From contig NC_043019.1 in the NCBI RefSeq assembly GCF_006345805.1, positions 11,345,360 to 11,409,359 of the forward strand: a stretch of 64,000 nt of DNA, given 5' to 3'. This document shows positions 50,948-63,246 of this stretch, piece after piece. How positions within the stretch are numbered: the first letter of the stretch is position 1; every line of letters starts with the position of its first letter. Under the pieces are notes generated by a model. It saw only the letters and a program-made list of their open reading frames with translations. It searched no databases and had not been told where the DNA came from. The stretch is from Octopus sinensis. Its lineage: Eukaryota. The translations under genes were made by a program, and so were the position numbers.

Positions 50948-52130
50948 GTAAGCTGTTGTCCATCACGAATTCTTTATTATCTTTTAAGGGTCACTAACGG
51001 CAGGTTTTTCTATTTTCTTTTTAATGCATGTATTGTGGTAGGGGTGTGTTAAATAATAATAATGAAATTATTGTATACAGTGCTCAGGTGCACCACTTGT
51101 CAAAAACCCGTATAAAGTAGATGCGGTAATGTACAAATGTCTGGGAAGTGAACAGTGTATGAGTCAGATACATGCTTGCGTGTGTATGGAGGGGAGAAAA
51201 TCAGGTGTAGTGTTGGCGAATCTCAGGAAGCATGGAAGTTTTGAAGGATGCAGTGCTCTGACAACTTAACCCATAGCCATTTTCTTAGTGTATTTTTGTT
51301 GAATTACATTTCATCTATTTCAATTAATTTTGAAAATATTTGAAGAATTTAATAAGATAGCTTTGTCATTATTAAGCTGGTGTTTGGAACATAAATTAAC
51401 ATGGAACTTTAATGGAAGAAGGTTTCTATTTTAAATTACTTTAACCCTTTTGTTACCATATTTCTGGTGAAATACACTGCCTTTTGTTTCAATTAATTCT
51501 GAAAACACTGAAGAATTTAGTAAACTAAATGTCATTATTGAACTTAAATTAACATAAAATTTTGATGGAAGAAGGCTTTAATTTAGAACACTTTTAAAAC
51601 TGGAAGTTTTCATCACAAAACTGGTAGTGGTAGCTCTTCTTCTTGTTACTACTACTACTACTACAACTATTACTACTACTACAAAACACCTATATTTTTG
51701 TTGGAATTCACTGCCCTTTTTTCAGTTTTGAAAATGAAGAGCTTAATAAAGTAACATTGTCATTATTAATCAGATTACTCTATTTATAAATTAACACAGA
51801 ATTTTGAGGGAAGAAGGTTTTAATTTAGGTCACTTTAAAACAGGAAACACTACAATAAGAACAAGGGAATTCTCAGGCAGTTTTGGTATCAAAAGGGTCA
51901 ATATAGCTGCTATTTCTACCGTTTCTAGTAACTCCATAGAAGTTCTGTTGGTGACCTGTTCTCTTAGTCCTAAGACCAATTCCAGTTCTTGTTTCTGTTT
52001 GTCTATTATTCAGTTTCTTATTACAGTTATTTTGAGATGAAACCTGTCATCAATTATAAGACATGTCATAATATTGTTTTTTGCTTCTTTTTTTTTAATT
52101 ATCCCTGCCTCTCCATTTCTTGTTTCCCAG

Positions 52131-52192
52131 GAAACTTAGTTGTTGAAGAGAAAACACATTATGTCCACCTTGAGGAGATCAAAACCTTAACC
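52131..52192 (+). CDS. SLC44A1-like: SLC44A-like exon: NLVVEEKTHYVHLEEIKTLT
   Basis: tttcccag / ACC|gtgagt, phase 1-0, keeps the frame. Confidence 0.85.
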
Positions 52193-52264
52193 GTGAGTTG
52201 TACTTTCTCTCTAAGGAAAACCATTGTACTATTTATTGTGTGTGATTAAGAATTTCCAAACTAA

Positions 52265-52483
52265 AGGCAGTGACCTGGCAGAAATGTTAGCACACCAGGC
52301 GAAATACTTAGCGGTATTTCGTCTGCCGTTAGGTTCTGAGTTCAAATTCCGCCGAGGTCGACTTTGCCTTTCATCCTTTCGGGGTCGATAAATTAAGTAC
52401 CAGTTACGCACTGGGGTCGATGTAATTGACTTAATCCCTTTGTCTGTCCTTGTTTGTCCCCTTGTGGGCAATAAAGAAATAAG
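52265..52483 (+). mobile_element. SINE family A copy with 15-bp target-site duplication
   Basis: TAAGAATTTCCAAAC at 52247-52261 and 52480-52494. Confidence 0.85.
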
Positions 52484-53471
52484 AATTTCCAAACCACATG
52501 GTTCCTGCTTATTTTCCAGTACACTGCATCGTTGCTACATGTGTCTTCTACTACAGCCTCAAATTAATACCTTAACTTTTTAGCATTCAGATTATGCTGT
52601 CAAATCGGATGTTTATCTATTCACATAGCATTTAAACCAGCCATATCCGGTCCAAATATTCTACCTGTTTTAAGCTCAAACTGGCCAGATCCAACTTCTA
52701 ACACCTACCTACAATGTCATTCTAGAAATGAGGTGGTGAGCTGGTAGAAACGTTAGCACGCCGGGCGAAATGCTTAGCGGTATTTCGTCTGCCGTTAGGT
52801 TCTGAGTTCAAATTCCGCCGAGGTCGACTTTGCCTTTCATCCTTTCGGAGTCGATAAATTAAGTACCAGTTACGCACTGGGGTCGATGTAATCGACTTAA
52901 TACCTATGTCTGTCCTTGTTTGTCCCCTCTATGTTTAGCCCCTTGTGGGTAGTAAAGAAAAAGGTATTTCATCTGCCGTTACGTTCTGAGTTCAAATTCC
53001 GCCGAGGTTGACTTTGCCTTTCATCCTTTCGGGGTCGATAAATTAAGTACCAGTTATGCACTGAGGTCAATATAATTGACTTAAGCCGTTTGTCTGTCCT
53101 TGTTTGTCTTCTCTGTGTTTAGCCCCTTGTGGGTAGTAAAGGAATAGGTAAGTGCCCAGGAAACTGGTGCTGGATGAGGTACATATGATCTGTTAAATGG
53201 TGTAATAATAGTGAATGAATGGCAGGTGAGGTACCCAGGTGGTGACAGATGAGGTATTTGCAATCTCTTAGCACATTGAAGTGGGATGATAGCAAAGAAG
53301 TACATAGAAATTGTTGCTAGGTTACATAACACGAGATCTGTTGATGATAAGCATAAACCCTAGTACTTTGGATGGTTTGTTGAGTTGAGGATATAACAAC
53401 AGTAATAAATTTTGAATAAAATTGATGAGAACCGTTGATTTAATTTATTTATTTCCTCTTCCTTCCTTTAG

Positions 53472-53578
53472 TACATGAAATGGTACCACATCTTTGGAAT
53501 ATTTTGGATCATCAACTTCATCACATCTTCCAGGGATTTTGTGATTTCAAGTTCTGTAGCCATTTGGTATTTCACACG
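53472..53578 (+). CDS. SLC44A1-like: SLC44A-like exon: YMKWYHIFGIFWIINFITSSRDFVISSSVAIWYFT(R)
   Basis: cctttag / CG|gtaaga, phase 0-2. WYHxxGxxWxxxF...WYFTR hallmark. Confidence 0.95.
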
Positions 53579-54671
53579 GTAAGAACATTGGTACTTTGTA
53601 CATTGACTTGCGTTCACTGTCTTTTTTTCAGGACACAAGCAGGAAAGCCATTAGGCAAAGACAAGCATGATTGATTGGTGAGGCAGGCATGGTTGGATGG
53701 TTAAGGCATGCATGGATGGTTGGTTAACTCTTTAACTGCAAAATTAAATCTCGCAATAATTTCAGTAATGAATGTTAAATATCTACCACAAAATAAAATT
53801 GGTTTTTTCTGCAGGTCACATTGCCTCTATAAATTTGGCATATGGGCACAGGCGTGACTGTGTGGTAAGAAGTTTGTTTCTTGTGTGGTAAGAAGGCGGC
53901 GAACTGGCAAAAACATTAGCATGCCAGGCAAAATGCTTAGCGGTATTTCGTCTGCCGCTACATTCTGAGTTCAAATTCCACCGAGGTTGACTTTGCCTTT
54001 CATCCTTTCGGGGTTGATAAATTAAGTACCAGTGATGCACTGGTAATCGACTTAATCTGTTTGTCTGTCCTTGTTTGTTCCCTCTGTTTGTTGTTCCTTG
54101 AAGGCAGTAAACAAATAAGAAGTTTGCTTTCCAACCACATGGTTCCAGGTTCAGTCCCACTGCATGGCACCTTGGACAAGTGTCTTCTGCTATAGCCTCA
54201 GGCCAACCAAACCCTTATGAGTGGATTTGGTAGAGGAAAACTGAAAGAACTGTGTGTGTCTTTGTGTCTGTGGCTGTCCACCCACCACCACTTGGCAATT
54301 GGTGTTGGTGTGTTTATATCCCTCATAACTTAGCGGTTTGAAAAAAATAAGTACTGGGGTCGGTTAATTCAACTAAAAACTCTTCAAGGTGGTGCCCCAG
54401 CAAGGCCGCAGTTTAATGACTGAAACGAGTAAAAGATAAAAGATGCCTCAACAAAAATGTAGTTTCGTACATGACGTTCTTCAACAAAAGGGAGATTGGT
54501 TTATAAAACTGTTTCCCACTGTTAAAAGTAATGAAATTTTGAGTGGATATATCTGATTTCTGCAGTAAAAGGGTTAAGGCAGGGTTAGGGGAATGGTTTA
54601 AGTAGACGTTCATTGAGAAGGCCCTCGTATATGGCATTGATGAACATTACATCAAAACCAAAATCAAAGTT

Positions 54672-55070
54672 GATGACTGGCATCCGTGCTAGCGGGTTGC
54701 AAAGAGCACCATACGAGTGTGGTCATTGACAGAGTGGCTAAATGGCCTCCATGCCGGTGGCATGTAAAAGACACTATTCGAACATGATCATTACCAATGT
54801 CGCCTTACTGGCACCTGTGCCGGTGGCATGTGTAAAAAGATTCGAGTGAGGTCGTTGCCAGTACCGCCTGACTGGCCCTGTGCCGGCGGCATGTAAAAAG
54901 CACCCACTACACTCTCGGAGTGGTTGGCGTTAAGAAGGGCATCCAGCTGTAGAAACTCTGCCAGATCAAGATTGAAGCCTGGTGCAGCCATCTGGTTCGC
55001 CAGCCCTCAGTCATTCGTCCAACCCATGCTAGGATGGAAAGTGGACGTTAAACGATGATGATGATGATCG
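54672..55070 (+). mobile_element. SINE-like family C (about 60-bp internal subrepeats containing GGTGGCACGTAAAAAGCACC, (GAT)n tail; possibly octopus OK family)
   Basis: Other copies: 13095-13475, 16290-16565(-), 24078-24420(-), 29335-29665(-), 30680-31320(-), 34213-34800(-), 44826-46235, 57462-57865, 59557-59915(-). Confidence 0.8.
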
Positions 55071-56521
55071 TTTTTTGGCAAATGTCTCAAGAAGGGCTTC
55101 GGAAATCCAAGAACCCCTGTGAATTTACAAGGTGAGGAGGAACCGCCCCTCTTCCTTTCCTAAGTAAAGGCCCTGAAAGCTACCTTGTTCTTCAAATTTC
55201 TCTTGGAAGCTCGTGTCTTGAGGCTTAAGTTGAGCGCTGACCAAGGGGGAAACCCATAAAGAGAAATAACTCTGTATACCCTCAAGGGAGATAATTAGAT
55301 AGAGTAGAAATTTTTATGGCTATTAATAATTTTCCTTACACACATTAAAGATGGATTGTTATTTAGTCCCAGATCAATACTGATCAAACAAAATTGCTTA
55401 ACATTCAATGCGTCTTCAGGCACAATATATCTAAGACTTATCCAAATTGTCCTTCCCTTTTTAAAATGGTAGTGTAGTTCAACTGCTATCTCTGACGTGG
55501 TTGTATGATAATAAGTTTGCTTCCCATCCACATGGTTCTGGGTTCAGTCCCACTACTTGGCACCATGGGGAGGTGTTTACTACCATAGCCTCAGGCTGAC
55601 TTAAGCCTTGTGAGTAGATTTAGTAGACAGAAAAGGAGAGATACTCATAGTATGTGTATGTATATATATATATAACCAGCTGAAACTGCAACTGAAACCT
55701 CCGAATGACCTGTCCTTGTTTATTCCTGCCCATTTTTGTATCACCTGCTGTCTGAATGTTTTCTTGTCACCTGTTACATTCTTGTTTTGTTTTTTTATAT
55801 ATAGAGAGAGAAAAGCAATTATGCAGATAATCGAATTAGATACATCAAATATATTAAATAATATATTTGATATATTAATTTATTTGATATATCTGATTTG
55901 TTTATCCACATAATTGCCTCCATACCTGCCGAACTCCTTCCCTCTTTTAGCCTTTCTTTATCTTGTGGAATGATCCCCTGTAAAGACATCAGAGTCCAAG
56001 TTTGAATCTTTTGAGCTCTACTGTCTTCTATACAGAGAATCTCTGGATCGCATCTGTGAGTGTGTGTGTATATATATATGTATATAAGAGCATCCAGCTG
56101 TAGAAACTCTGCCAGATCAAGATTGAAGCCTGGTGCAGCCATGTGGTTCACCAGCCCTCAGTCAAAATCGTCCAACCCATGCTAGCATGGAAAGTGGACG
56201 TTAAATGATGATGATGTATGTGTGTGTGTCTTTATGTTCTGTGTTTACATCCCTGTAACCTAGTTGTTCGGCAAAAAGGTACCAATGGAATAAGCACCAG
56301 GCTTAAAATAAGTAATTACTAGGGTCGATTGCTTTGACTGCAAATTCCTGCCGGTGGTGCCCCAGCATGGCCACAGTCTAATGACTAAAACAAGTAAAGG
56401 CTAAAAAGATCCAAGCTATCTTGTTGTACACCTCTCCGTCACCCACCCTTTGATGCTTTAACATTTTCATGTTGTACAATGATTTATACTTGATGTCTTA
56501 ATGTTTCTGTCTCTCTTACAG

Positions 56522-56575
56522 AAACAGAGCCACACTAAAACACCCGGTTGTCCTCAGTATTATCCGACTGACACG
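56522..56575 (+). CDS. SLC44A1-like: SLC44A-like exon: NRATLKHPVVLSIIRLT(R)
   Basis: ctcttacag / CG|gtaagt, phase 2-2. Confidence 0.9.
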
Positions 56576-56744
56576 GTAAGTGATATATATACACAGGTGG
56601 CCTTCTTTTTTTTACATGGTTTTGGTTGGGGTCAAGTAAGTGTATTGATTTATTAATGAAATAAAAAAAGGCATTGGAGGGCTGATGCATACCCTGCGCA
56701 GATGAATTACAATGCATTGCTTACCCTGCTGGGTTCGGCTGCTC

Positions 56745-56784
56745 CACATTGATAAGGGGCAAAAACCCCGAAACTAGTCTGCAG
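56745..56784 (+). ncRNA. Hammerhead motif with U3-A8 core, stem I partly decayed
   Basis: CACA TTGATAA GGGG-CAAAAA-CCCC GAAA CTAG T C TGCAG. Confidence 0.65.
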
Positions 56785-57983
56785 GTGCCTGACCAGCAAG
56801 GGGAAGCGGCTGATCTCCCCTGTTCGAAGGTCGTAATGGACACAGGTTCGTGTGTCACATAGCTAGCTAGAGGCGATGGCCTCTTGGAGCTAATCAACAG
56901 CAGCATTCATCTTGTTTTCCTGGACTACCATGTTAGCTTGGCAATAACTATTAATATATATATATATATATTATACAAGCCCTTTTTTCATACTGTCTGA
57001 GTAATATAAAATATACCTTTATATTACTCTCATTTATTGTGTCAAAAAGGACCAGCAATTGTCAACTGTAAAAATATTTCATCTGCTTCTGAATACACGA
57101 AACTTTTCAAATACATTCTGGAAAATCCTAAAATATTTATAAAATAGATGAAATCTTTTTGCTGTAACCCTTTAGCATTCAGAATACTCTGTCAAATATA
57201 ATGCCTATTTATTTACGGCATGTAAAAAGCACCCACTATACTCTCAGAGTGGTTGGCGTTAGGAAGGGCATCCAGCTGTAGAAACACTGCCAGATCAAGA
57301 TTGGAGCCTGGTTCACCCAAATCGTCCAACCCATGCTAGCATGGAAAGCGGACGTTAAACAAAGATGATGGTGATCTTTCCAATTAATCATGCATTATCT
57401 TGTAGATTTAAGATTTCGTTGATGTGGTTGTTTATTTTGGATGATGAAATCGATCAGCATCAATGGAAATTGTAGCTGTGATACCAGTGCTGGTGGCATG
57501 TAAGAGAACCATCCGAACGTGGCCGTTGCCAGCACCGCCCTGACTGGCCTCCATGCCGGTGGTACGTAAAAAATCACCATCTGATTGTGGCCGTTGCCAG
57601 CCTCGTCTGGCCTCTGTGCCGGTGGCACGTAAAAAGCACCATCCGATCGTGGCCGTTTGCCAGCCTCGTCTGGCACCTGTGCAGGTGGCACGTAAAAAGC
57701 ACCCACTACACTCACGCAGTGGTTGGCGTTAGGAAGGGCATCCAGCCATAGAAACATTGCCAGATCAGACTGGGCCTGGTGCAGCCTTCTGGCTTCCCAA
57801 ACCCCAGTTGAACCGTCCAACCCATGCCAGCATGGAAAGCGGACATTAAGCAATGATGATGTTGTAGAGTAGATGTGAAGCCAGATGTAGCCAATTTGAA
57901 ACAGTAAAATATTTGGACTGGTTTAAGGTGTTTAAGTATTGCATCTAATTCTTAGGAAATTGACCAGTGTCCTTCTGTTCCAG

Positions 57984-58070
57984 GTATCACCTAGGGTCAG
58001 TGTTGTTTGGATCGCTCCTGATCGCCAGTGCATCCATGTTTCGGCTTATTATGGAAGTTATTGATTCAAG
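57984..58070 (+). CDS. SLC44A1-like: SLC44A-like exon: YHLGSVLFGSLLIASASMFRLIMEVIDS(R)
   Basis: tgttccag / AG|gtaaca, phase 2-2. YHLGSxxFGSL hallmark. Confidence 0.95.
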
Positions 58071-58645
58071 GTAACATTTTATAATATTGTTATTTGCTGT
58101 TGTTAAGGTAACGAGTGGGCGAAATCATTAGCAGACCAGACAAGGGGTCATTTGTTGTTGATGATGTTGTGACCATCACTTCTTGTTTATTTACAAATAT
58201 ATATCTTTTTATTTTGTTTAAATTGTTAGACTGTGGTCATGCTGGGGCCCTGTCTTGAAGAATTTTTAGTTGAATGACTCGACCCCAGGACATATGTTTT
58301 AAAGCCTGGTACTTATGCTATTGGTCTCTTTTGCCAAACCGCTAAGTTATGTAGACATAAACACACCAACACCGGTTGTCAAGTGGTGGCAGGGACAAAC
58401 ACAGACATGTACACACACACACACACACACACACAAAGATATATATATATATATATATATATGATGGGCATCTTTCGGTTTTTATGTACCAAATCCACTC
58501 AGAAGGCTTTGGTTGGCCCAAGGCTATAGTAGACGATATTTGTCCAAGGTGCCACACAGTTGGACTGAACCTGGAACCATGTGATTGGAAAACAAACTTA
58601 TCACACAGTCACACATGTGCCTATATATATATATATATATTCAGT

Positions 58646-58963
58646 GAGGGCGCGTGGCTTAGTGGTTAGGGCATTCGGCTCATGATCGTAAGGTTGTGAG
58701 TTCGATTCCCGGCGACGCGTTGTGTCCTTGAGCAAGACACTTTATTTCACGTTGCTCCAGTCCACTCAGCTGGCAAAAATGAGTTGTACTTGTATTTCAA
58801 AGGGTCAGCCTTGTCACTCTCTGTGTCACGCTGATTATCCCCGAGAACTACGTTAAGGGTACACGTGTCTGTGGAATGCTCAGCCATTTGCACGTTAATT
58901 TCACGAGCAAGCTGTTCCGTTGATCGCATCAGCTGGGACCCTCGTCATCGTAACCGGCGGAGT
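58646..58963 (+). mobile_element. tRNA/CORE-SINE, distinct family
   Basis: TGGCTTAGTGG...AGTTCGATTCC head and a GTGTCCTTGAGCAAGACAC CORE-like segment. Confidence 0.75.
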
Positions 58964-59291
58964 CTTTTTTTATATATATTCAGATAAAGAATGTCTGGGA
59001 TAACATTATGCAGTGTGTCTTACTTAAGATGGTAGTGTGTGGTTTAAGGGAGATGGGTGCTATCATGTATTTGCATTTGCTAAGAGCCTTGGATGAAGCT
59101 ATCATCCTTTGAGCCACCCGTGTAACTTTTTGAAGTTTAAAAGCTATGGGGGGGGGGGGTTAAAAGCCATGCACAAAACTTTCAGCCTTATCTACACTTT
59201 AAATGTTCTCTCTCTCTCTCCCTAACAAACTACATTGTCTTTCTCTCTCTCTCACCAACACACTAATCATTGTCTTTCTCTCTCTCTCCAG

Positions 59292-59407
59292 AAGTAAAAG
59301 TAGAACCAATGCTGTGATATCCTTCTTGACCAAATGTCTCAGATGTTGCTTGTGGCTCTACGAGAAAAGCATCAAGTTCATCAGCAAGAATGCCTACACT
59401 GAGATGG
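59292..59407 (+). CDS. SLC44A1-like: SLC44A-like exon: SKSRTNAVISFLTKCLRCCLWLYEKSIKFISKNAYTEM(A)
   Basis: ctctccag / G|gtttgt, phase 2-1. CxxCCxWxxEKxxxFxxxNAY hallmark. Confidence 0.95.
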
Positions 59408-60802
59408 GTTTGTAGAAATTTGGTTACGTCAGTGATGGTGTTGGTGGTGGTGGTAGCATTTATGATGATAATGGTAATGGTGACTGTGAAAGTAGGGGTC
59501 AGTTATGACTGGGTGGTGGTGATGATGATGCTGATAATGATAATAATAGTGATGTCATCATCATCATCATCATCGTTATTTAATGTCTGTTTTCCGTGCT
59601 AGCATGAGTTGGACGGTTCGACCAGGGTCTGGGAAACCAGGAGGCTGCACCAGGCTCCAGTCTTGATCTGGTAGTGTTTCTACAGCTGGATGCCCTTCCT
59701 AATGCCAACCACTCCGAGAGTGTAGTGGGTGCTTTTTATGTGCCACCGGCACAGGTGCCAGGGGAGGCTGGCAGCGGCCACAGTTGGTTGGTGCTTTTTA
59801 CGTGCCACCAGCACAGAAGCCAGTCAAGGCGGTGGTGGCATCAGCCACGTTCGAATGGTGCTTTTTACGTGCCACCGGCACAGGTGTCACAACGACAATT
59901 TCCATTTGATATTTATTTTGATGTGATGATAATTATTATGATGGTGATGGTGATGATGATCTAATTAGCTTTCATGAGCAGAGTTTTTTTTATTCACTTT
60001 TCCATCCTGGCATGGTTGGGTTGGATGAAACCTTTCCTGTCATTAATCTTTTTAGTTATCTCTAATGACATGCAGGGACATGATGTACCTGTTCTATATT
60101 CAGGAACACTCAATTAAAGCCCTGGGTTTCGAGTGTGTAGAGTCTGGCAATTGTTCAATGTGATAAACATTGTGAGATTATATTCCCATCAGTGGCACGA
60201 AAAGAAAAGGAAATAGAACAATCATTACTCATGTAAATCATCATCACTCATCTCTCATGTATCATGGGGGAGGAGGATGGCCCTTGAAATATACTCTGAA
60301 GTTCTGTTGAGAGATTACAATTAATTTACTGTAAAGATTGACACAAGAGAGTAAATGATGTGGAATTTCTCAGTAAGACATAAATGGTTACACTTTGAAC
60401 CATTCTTTTATCTAAACTAGAAATATTAATATTTCTAAGTCTCTCTAAAGGAGACTACGGAAGCGGTACTGGGTATTAATAGTTATTGCCAAGCTAATCT
60501 GGCAGTCCAGAAATATAGGACGAATGCTGCTGTTGATTAGCTCCAAGAGGCCATCGCCTCTAGCTAGCTATGTGACACACGAATCTGTGTCCAGTATAAC
60601 CTTCGAACAGGGGCGGTCAGCCACTTCCCCTTGCTGGTCAGACATCTACGGACTAGTTTCAGGGTATTTGTCACTTATCAATGCAGTGCAGCCAAACCCA
60701 GCAGGTGTCACTGCTGACCATCTGTTCGAAGGATTATTTACTTAAATTCAGTGGAATACATCCACTGGTTTTCAAAAACAGATGCCTGCTGTGTTCGGCT
60801 GC

Positions 60803-60845
60803 TCTGCATTGACAAGGGGCAAATACCCTGAAACTAGTCTGTAGA
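60803..60845 (+). ncRNA. Intact hammerhead motif with U3-A8 core and GUC cleavage triplet (degenerate mirror copy on minus strand 60646-60686)
   Basis: TCTGCA TTGACAA GGGG-CAAATA-CCCT GAAA CTAG T C TGTAGA: 6-bp stem I with one G-U, 4-bp stem II, palindromic ACTAGT. Confidence 0.75.
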
Positions 60846-61108
60846 TGCCTGACCAGCAAGGGGAAGCAGCTGACCTCCCCTTTTGAAGGTTATAATGGAC
60901 ACAGGTTCGTGTGTCGCATAGTTAGCTAGAAGCGATAGCCTCTTGGAGCTAATCAATGGCAGCATTCGTCTTATTTTTCTGGACTGCCATATTAACTTGG
61001 CAATAACTATTAATTTATCCAAACTGTTTGCATAAACACTGACACTGTCTTTGTTTCTCTGTTTTCAATTATGTTTTTTTTTTTTAAAGTGCTCCCTTTC
61101 TGTTCCAG

Positions 61109-61275
61109 CTATTTATGGTCACAACTACTGTACGTCAGCCAAAATGGCCTTCTATGTCATCCTCAACAATGTTCTGCAACTGGCTACCATCAACTCTGTT
61201 GGTGATTTCCTTTTGTTTCTCGGAAAAATTGCAGTAATGGCAGTTTGTGCTATTATTGGGCATGAATTGATAATG
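61109..61275 (+). CDS. SLC44A1-like: SLC44A-like exon: IYGHNYCTSAKMAFYVILNNVLQLATINSVGDFLLFLGKIAVMAVCAIIGHELIM
   Basis: tgttccag / ATG|gtgagt, phase 1-0. IYGxxxCxSAxxAF...GDFxLFLGK hallmark. Confidence 0.96.
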
Positions 61276-61664
61276 GTGAGTATAGCCTATATATATATAT
61301 ACAACTGTGTGTAGACTATATATACATAAAAGTTAGATTTAAAATCAAAGTTTAGATAAGAGACTTCAAAGTGTAGTATCCAAACCTTATTTTGGGTATG
61401 TCCCTATTAATGGGCTTGCAGGGCACATTCGCCACTTTTGGTTACCAGGTGTCATCCACAGTACTCTTACTCTTTTACTTGTTTCAGTCATTTGACTGCG
61501 GCCATGCTGGAGCACCGCCTTTAGTTGAGCAAATTGACCCCAGGACTTATTCTTCGTAAGCCTAGTACATATTCTATCGTTCTCTTTTGCCGAACCACTA
61601 AGTTATGGGGACGTAAACACACCAGCATTGGTTGTCAAACGATGGTGGGGGGGGACAAACACAG

Positions 61665-61722
<58 letters not shown>

Positions 61723-63153
61723 TATATATACAACAGGCTTCTTTCAGTTTCGTTCTTCCAAATCCACTCACAAGGCTTTGGTCAGCCCGAGGCTATAGTA
61801 GAAGACAATTGCCCAAGGTGCCACATAGTGGGACTGAACCCGGAACCATGTGGTTGGTAAGCAAGCTACTTACCACACAGCCACTCCTACACCTTTTGTC
61901 GCAAGATCTACGTAAGGAATTCCTCAGTGCACGTTTAGTATATTTTAAATAGTTGATACAGAAGATGTAAAATATATATATATATGGGCACAGGCATAGC
62001 TGTGTCGTAAGAAGTTTGCTTCGCAACCACATGGTTCTGGGTTCAGTCCCACCACATGGCACCTTAGAGAAATGTCTTCTACTACAGCCTCGGGCCAACC
62101 AAAGCTTTGTGATGGATTTGGTAAATGGAGCTACTACTGTGAGGCAATCTCATCATCGATTGTATATGTTACACTCTTGTACACTACTTGGTACCTAAAG
62201 TGGCGAGCTGGCAGAATCGTTAGCATGCCGGGCGAAATGCTTAGCTGTATTCCGTCTGGTGTTATGTTGTGAGTTCAAATTCCGCCGAGGTCGACTTTGC
62301 CTTTCATCCTTTCGGGGTCGATAAATTAAGTACCAGTTACACACTGGGGTCAATGTAATCGACTTAATACCTATGTCTGTCCCCTCTATGTTTAGCCCCT
62401 TGTGAGTAATAAAGAAATAGGTATTTTGTCTGTCTTTACATTCTGAGTTCAACTTCTACTAAGATCAACTTTGCCTTTCATCCTTTTGGGGTCAATAAAC
62501 TAAGTACCAGTTGCATACTGGGGTCAATTTATTCAACTCCACCTACCAAAACAAATTCCAGGCTTTGTGCCTAGAGTAAAGAAAAAAAAACATTACTTGG
62601 CATGGAGGCCTAGAGAGGCAGTCTGGTGGTGGTGTCAGGATGTGTTCAGAGATGTTCTGAACAGAACAGTCAACATCAATCTGTGATGGACAGCCACCAA
62701 CACCACCACTGACATTATGTATCTGAAACAGCAGAGATTAAAATAAAGATGTGTAAATAATGTATTTACTAAACATTATTTAAATCTCTGCTGTTTCAAG
62801 TTCATAAACATACTCACCTTAAGCCTGACAAGCTTTCACAAAACAAACCAGTATATCTTAGTTGATTTCTGTGTAGGAACAGAAGTTTTGGGCTGGCTCT
62901 AGATGAGCAAAGCACTGAGAAGGTGAAATCAATCTGAAACACCAGAGTCTGACAGTTTGCTGTTAGCATTTGAAGCAGGTTTTTAACACACAAAGTCTCA
63001 GATGTTTTTCTCCAAGCCTAAATCCTACAACAAACATCATTCCATGTTTGTGCGTACATAAATGTTTTATAAACTGTGTAAGTATCATTACTGTTGTGTT
63101 GTTGTTATCTAACTTTATTATGACTTTACTGAAACAAGGGTCTCTATTTTCAG

Positions 63154-63246
63154 GATTGCGAAAACCTTCATTACATGTGGGTACCAATGTTGGCCATTTG
63201 TATATTGACCTACTTTATAGCCAGCTGTTTCTTCTCTCTTTACGAG
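63154..63246 (+). CDS. SLC44A1-like: SLC44A-like exon: DCENLHYMWVPMLAICILTYFIASCFFSLYE (gene continues beyond the window)
   Basis: attttcag / GAG|gtgagt, phase 0-0. L.Y.WVP...YxIAxCFxSxYE hallmark. Confidence 0.94.

Noticed and set aside
55150-55260. Hammerhead-like strings (CTAAGTA..GAAAGCTA; CTGACCA AGGG..CCC)
   Set aside because: The core is non-complementary at 3-8 and stem I cannot be formed.
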